From assembly GCF_006345805.1 (NCBI RefSeq), contig NC_043003.1, positions 108,066,001 to 108,130,000 of the forward strand: a DNA stretch of 64,000 nucleotides. Reading direction: 5' to 3'. The notes below the pieces were generated by a model. It was not told the origin of the DNA, ran no database searches, and saw only the letters and a program-made list of their open reading frames with translations. Within the stretch, counting starts at the first letter, position 1. Every line of letters starts with the position of its first letter. This document shows positions 63,516 through 64,000 of this stretch, one piece after another. Source of the DNA: Octopus sinensis (taxonomy: Eukaryota). The position numbers and the translations under genes are program-made.

Positions 63516-63787
63516 CTGCTGCTATTTAGCCCTAGGAAGTAGCAACGCTTCCTGTTGGCCTTGATACACTTCCTGTCTCCTTATTTTTGCAAGAGATAAG
63601 CACCTCTACCCAGCTAAGCCTGAATCCAGAGACTAGTTTCTGGGTCTTTGCTCGTCATGATGACTAGTCTCTGGGTACAGGCTTAGCTGGGTGGACGTGC
63701 TTATCTCCCCCTTGCAAGCATAAGGGCAGAGGAAATGTGTCAAGGCCGACAGGATGCGTTGCTGCTTTCTAGGGCTAAAAAGCAGTA
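63516..63787. mobile_element. Fold-back element with about 120-bp arms and 25-nt loop
   Basis: GAGATAAGCAC...CCCAGCTAAGCCTG...CCAGAGACTAGT (to 63637) mirrored from 63663; outer TTTAGCCCTAG / CTAGGGCTAAA. Confidence 0.9.
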
Positions 63788-64000
63788 GAATGTTATTATT
63801 ATTGCAATATGCAATAATTCACGCCAAAAGGAAAAGCATCCAGCCATCTGAGTAGAACCTTCACTTATTACCACATTAGTACATAAATAAAATGTATAGA
63901 CATCTACAAACGTACTTACATATGCAAATACATATGCGCGCGCACACACACAAACACGCGCACGCACACACACAAAGAAACTCACGCATACACATATTTA

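Overview
AT-rich, microsatellite-saturated eukaryotic DNA. The SINE, microsatellite and transposon make-up looks like an octopus (coleoid cephalopod) intron or intergenic region; the species assignment is inference. I can recognise no host protein-coding gene with confidence, and most ORF-track entries are translated microsatellites. The window is dominated by mobile elements: three Penelope-like elements (PLEs; one has an uninterrupted RT+GIY-YIG frame and a promoter-bearing 3' pseudo-LTR), R4/Dong-type and RTE LINE remnants, several Tc1/mariner copies (DD34D, DD37D and DD41D-like), a canonical non-autonomous Helitron, about 20 tRNA-derived SINEs and several fold-back elements. Most notable: (1) a 1.95-kb ORF1-only (gag-knuckle, no RT) retroelement inserted with a 15-bp target duplication into a SINE head, with an empty paralogous site 1.3 kb upstream; (2) about seven minimal hammerhead-like motifs in PLE-type termini, including U3:A8 and U6 core variants; (3) a pLTR promoter with five ATTGG-N12-TGACGT modules, TATA, Inr, Kozak ATG and splice donor; (4) R4/Dong-type ends that repeatedly abut (ACAT)n tracts. 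Boundaries of degenerate elements are approximate.
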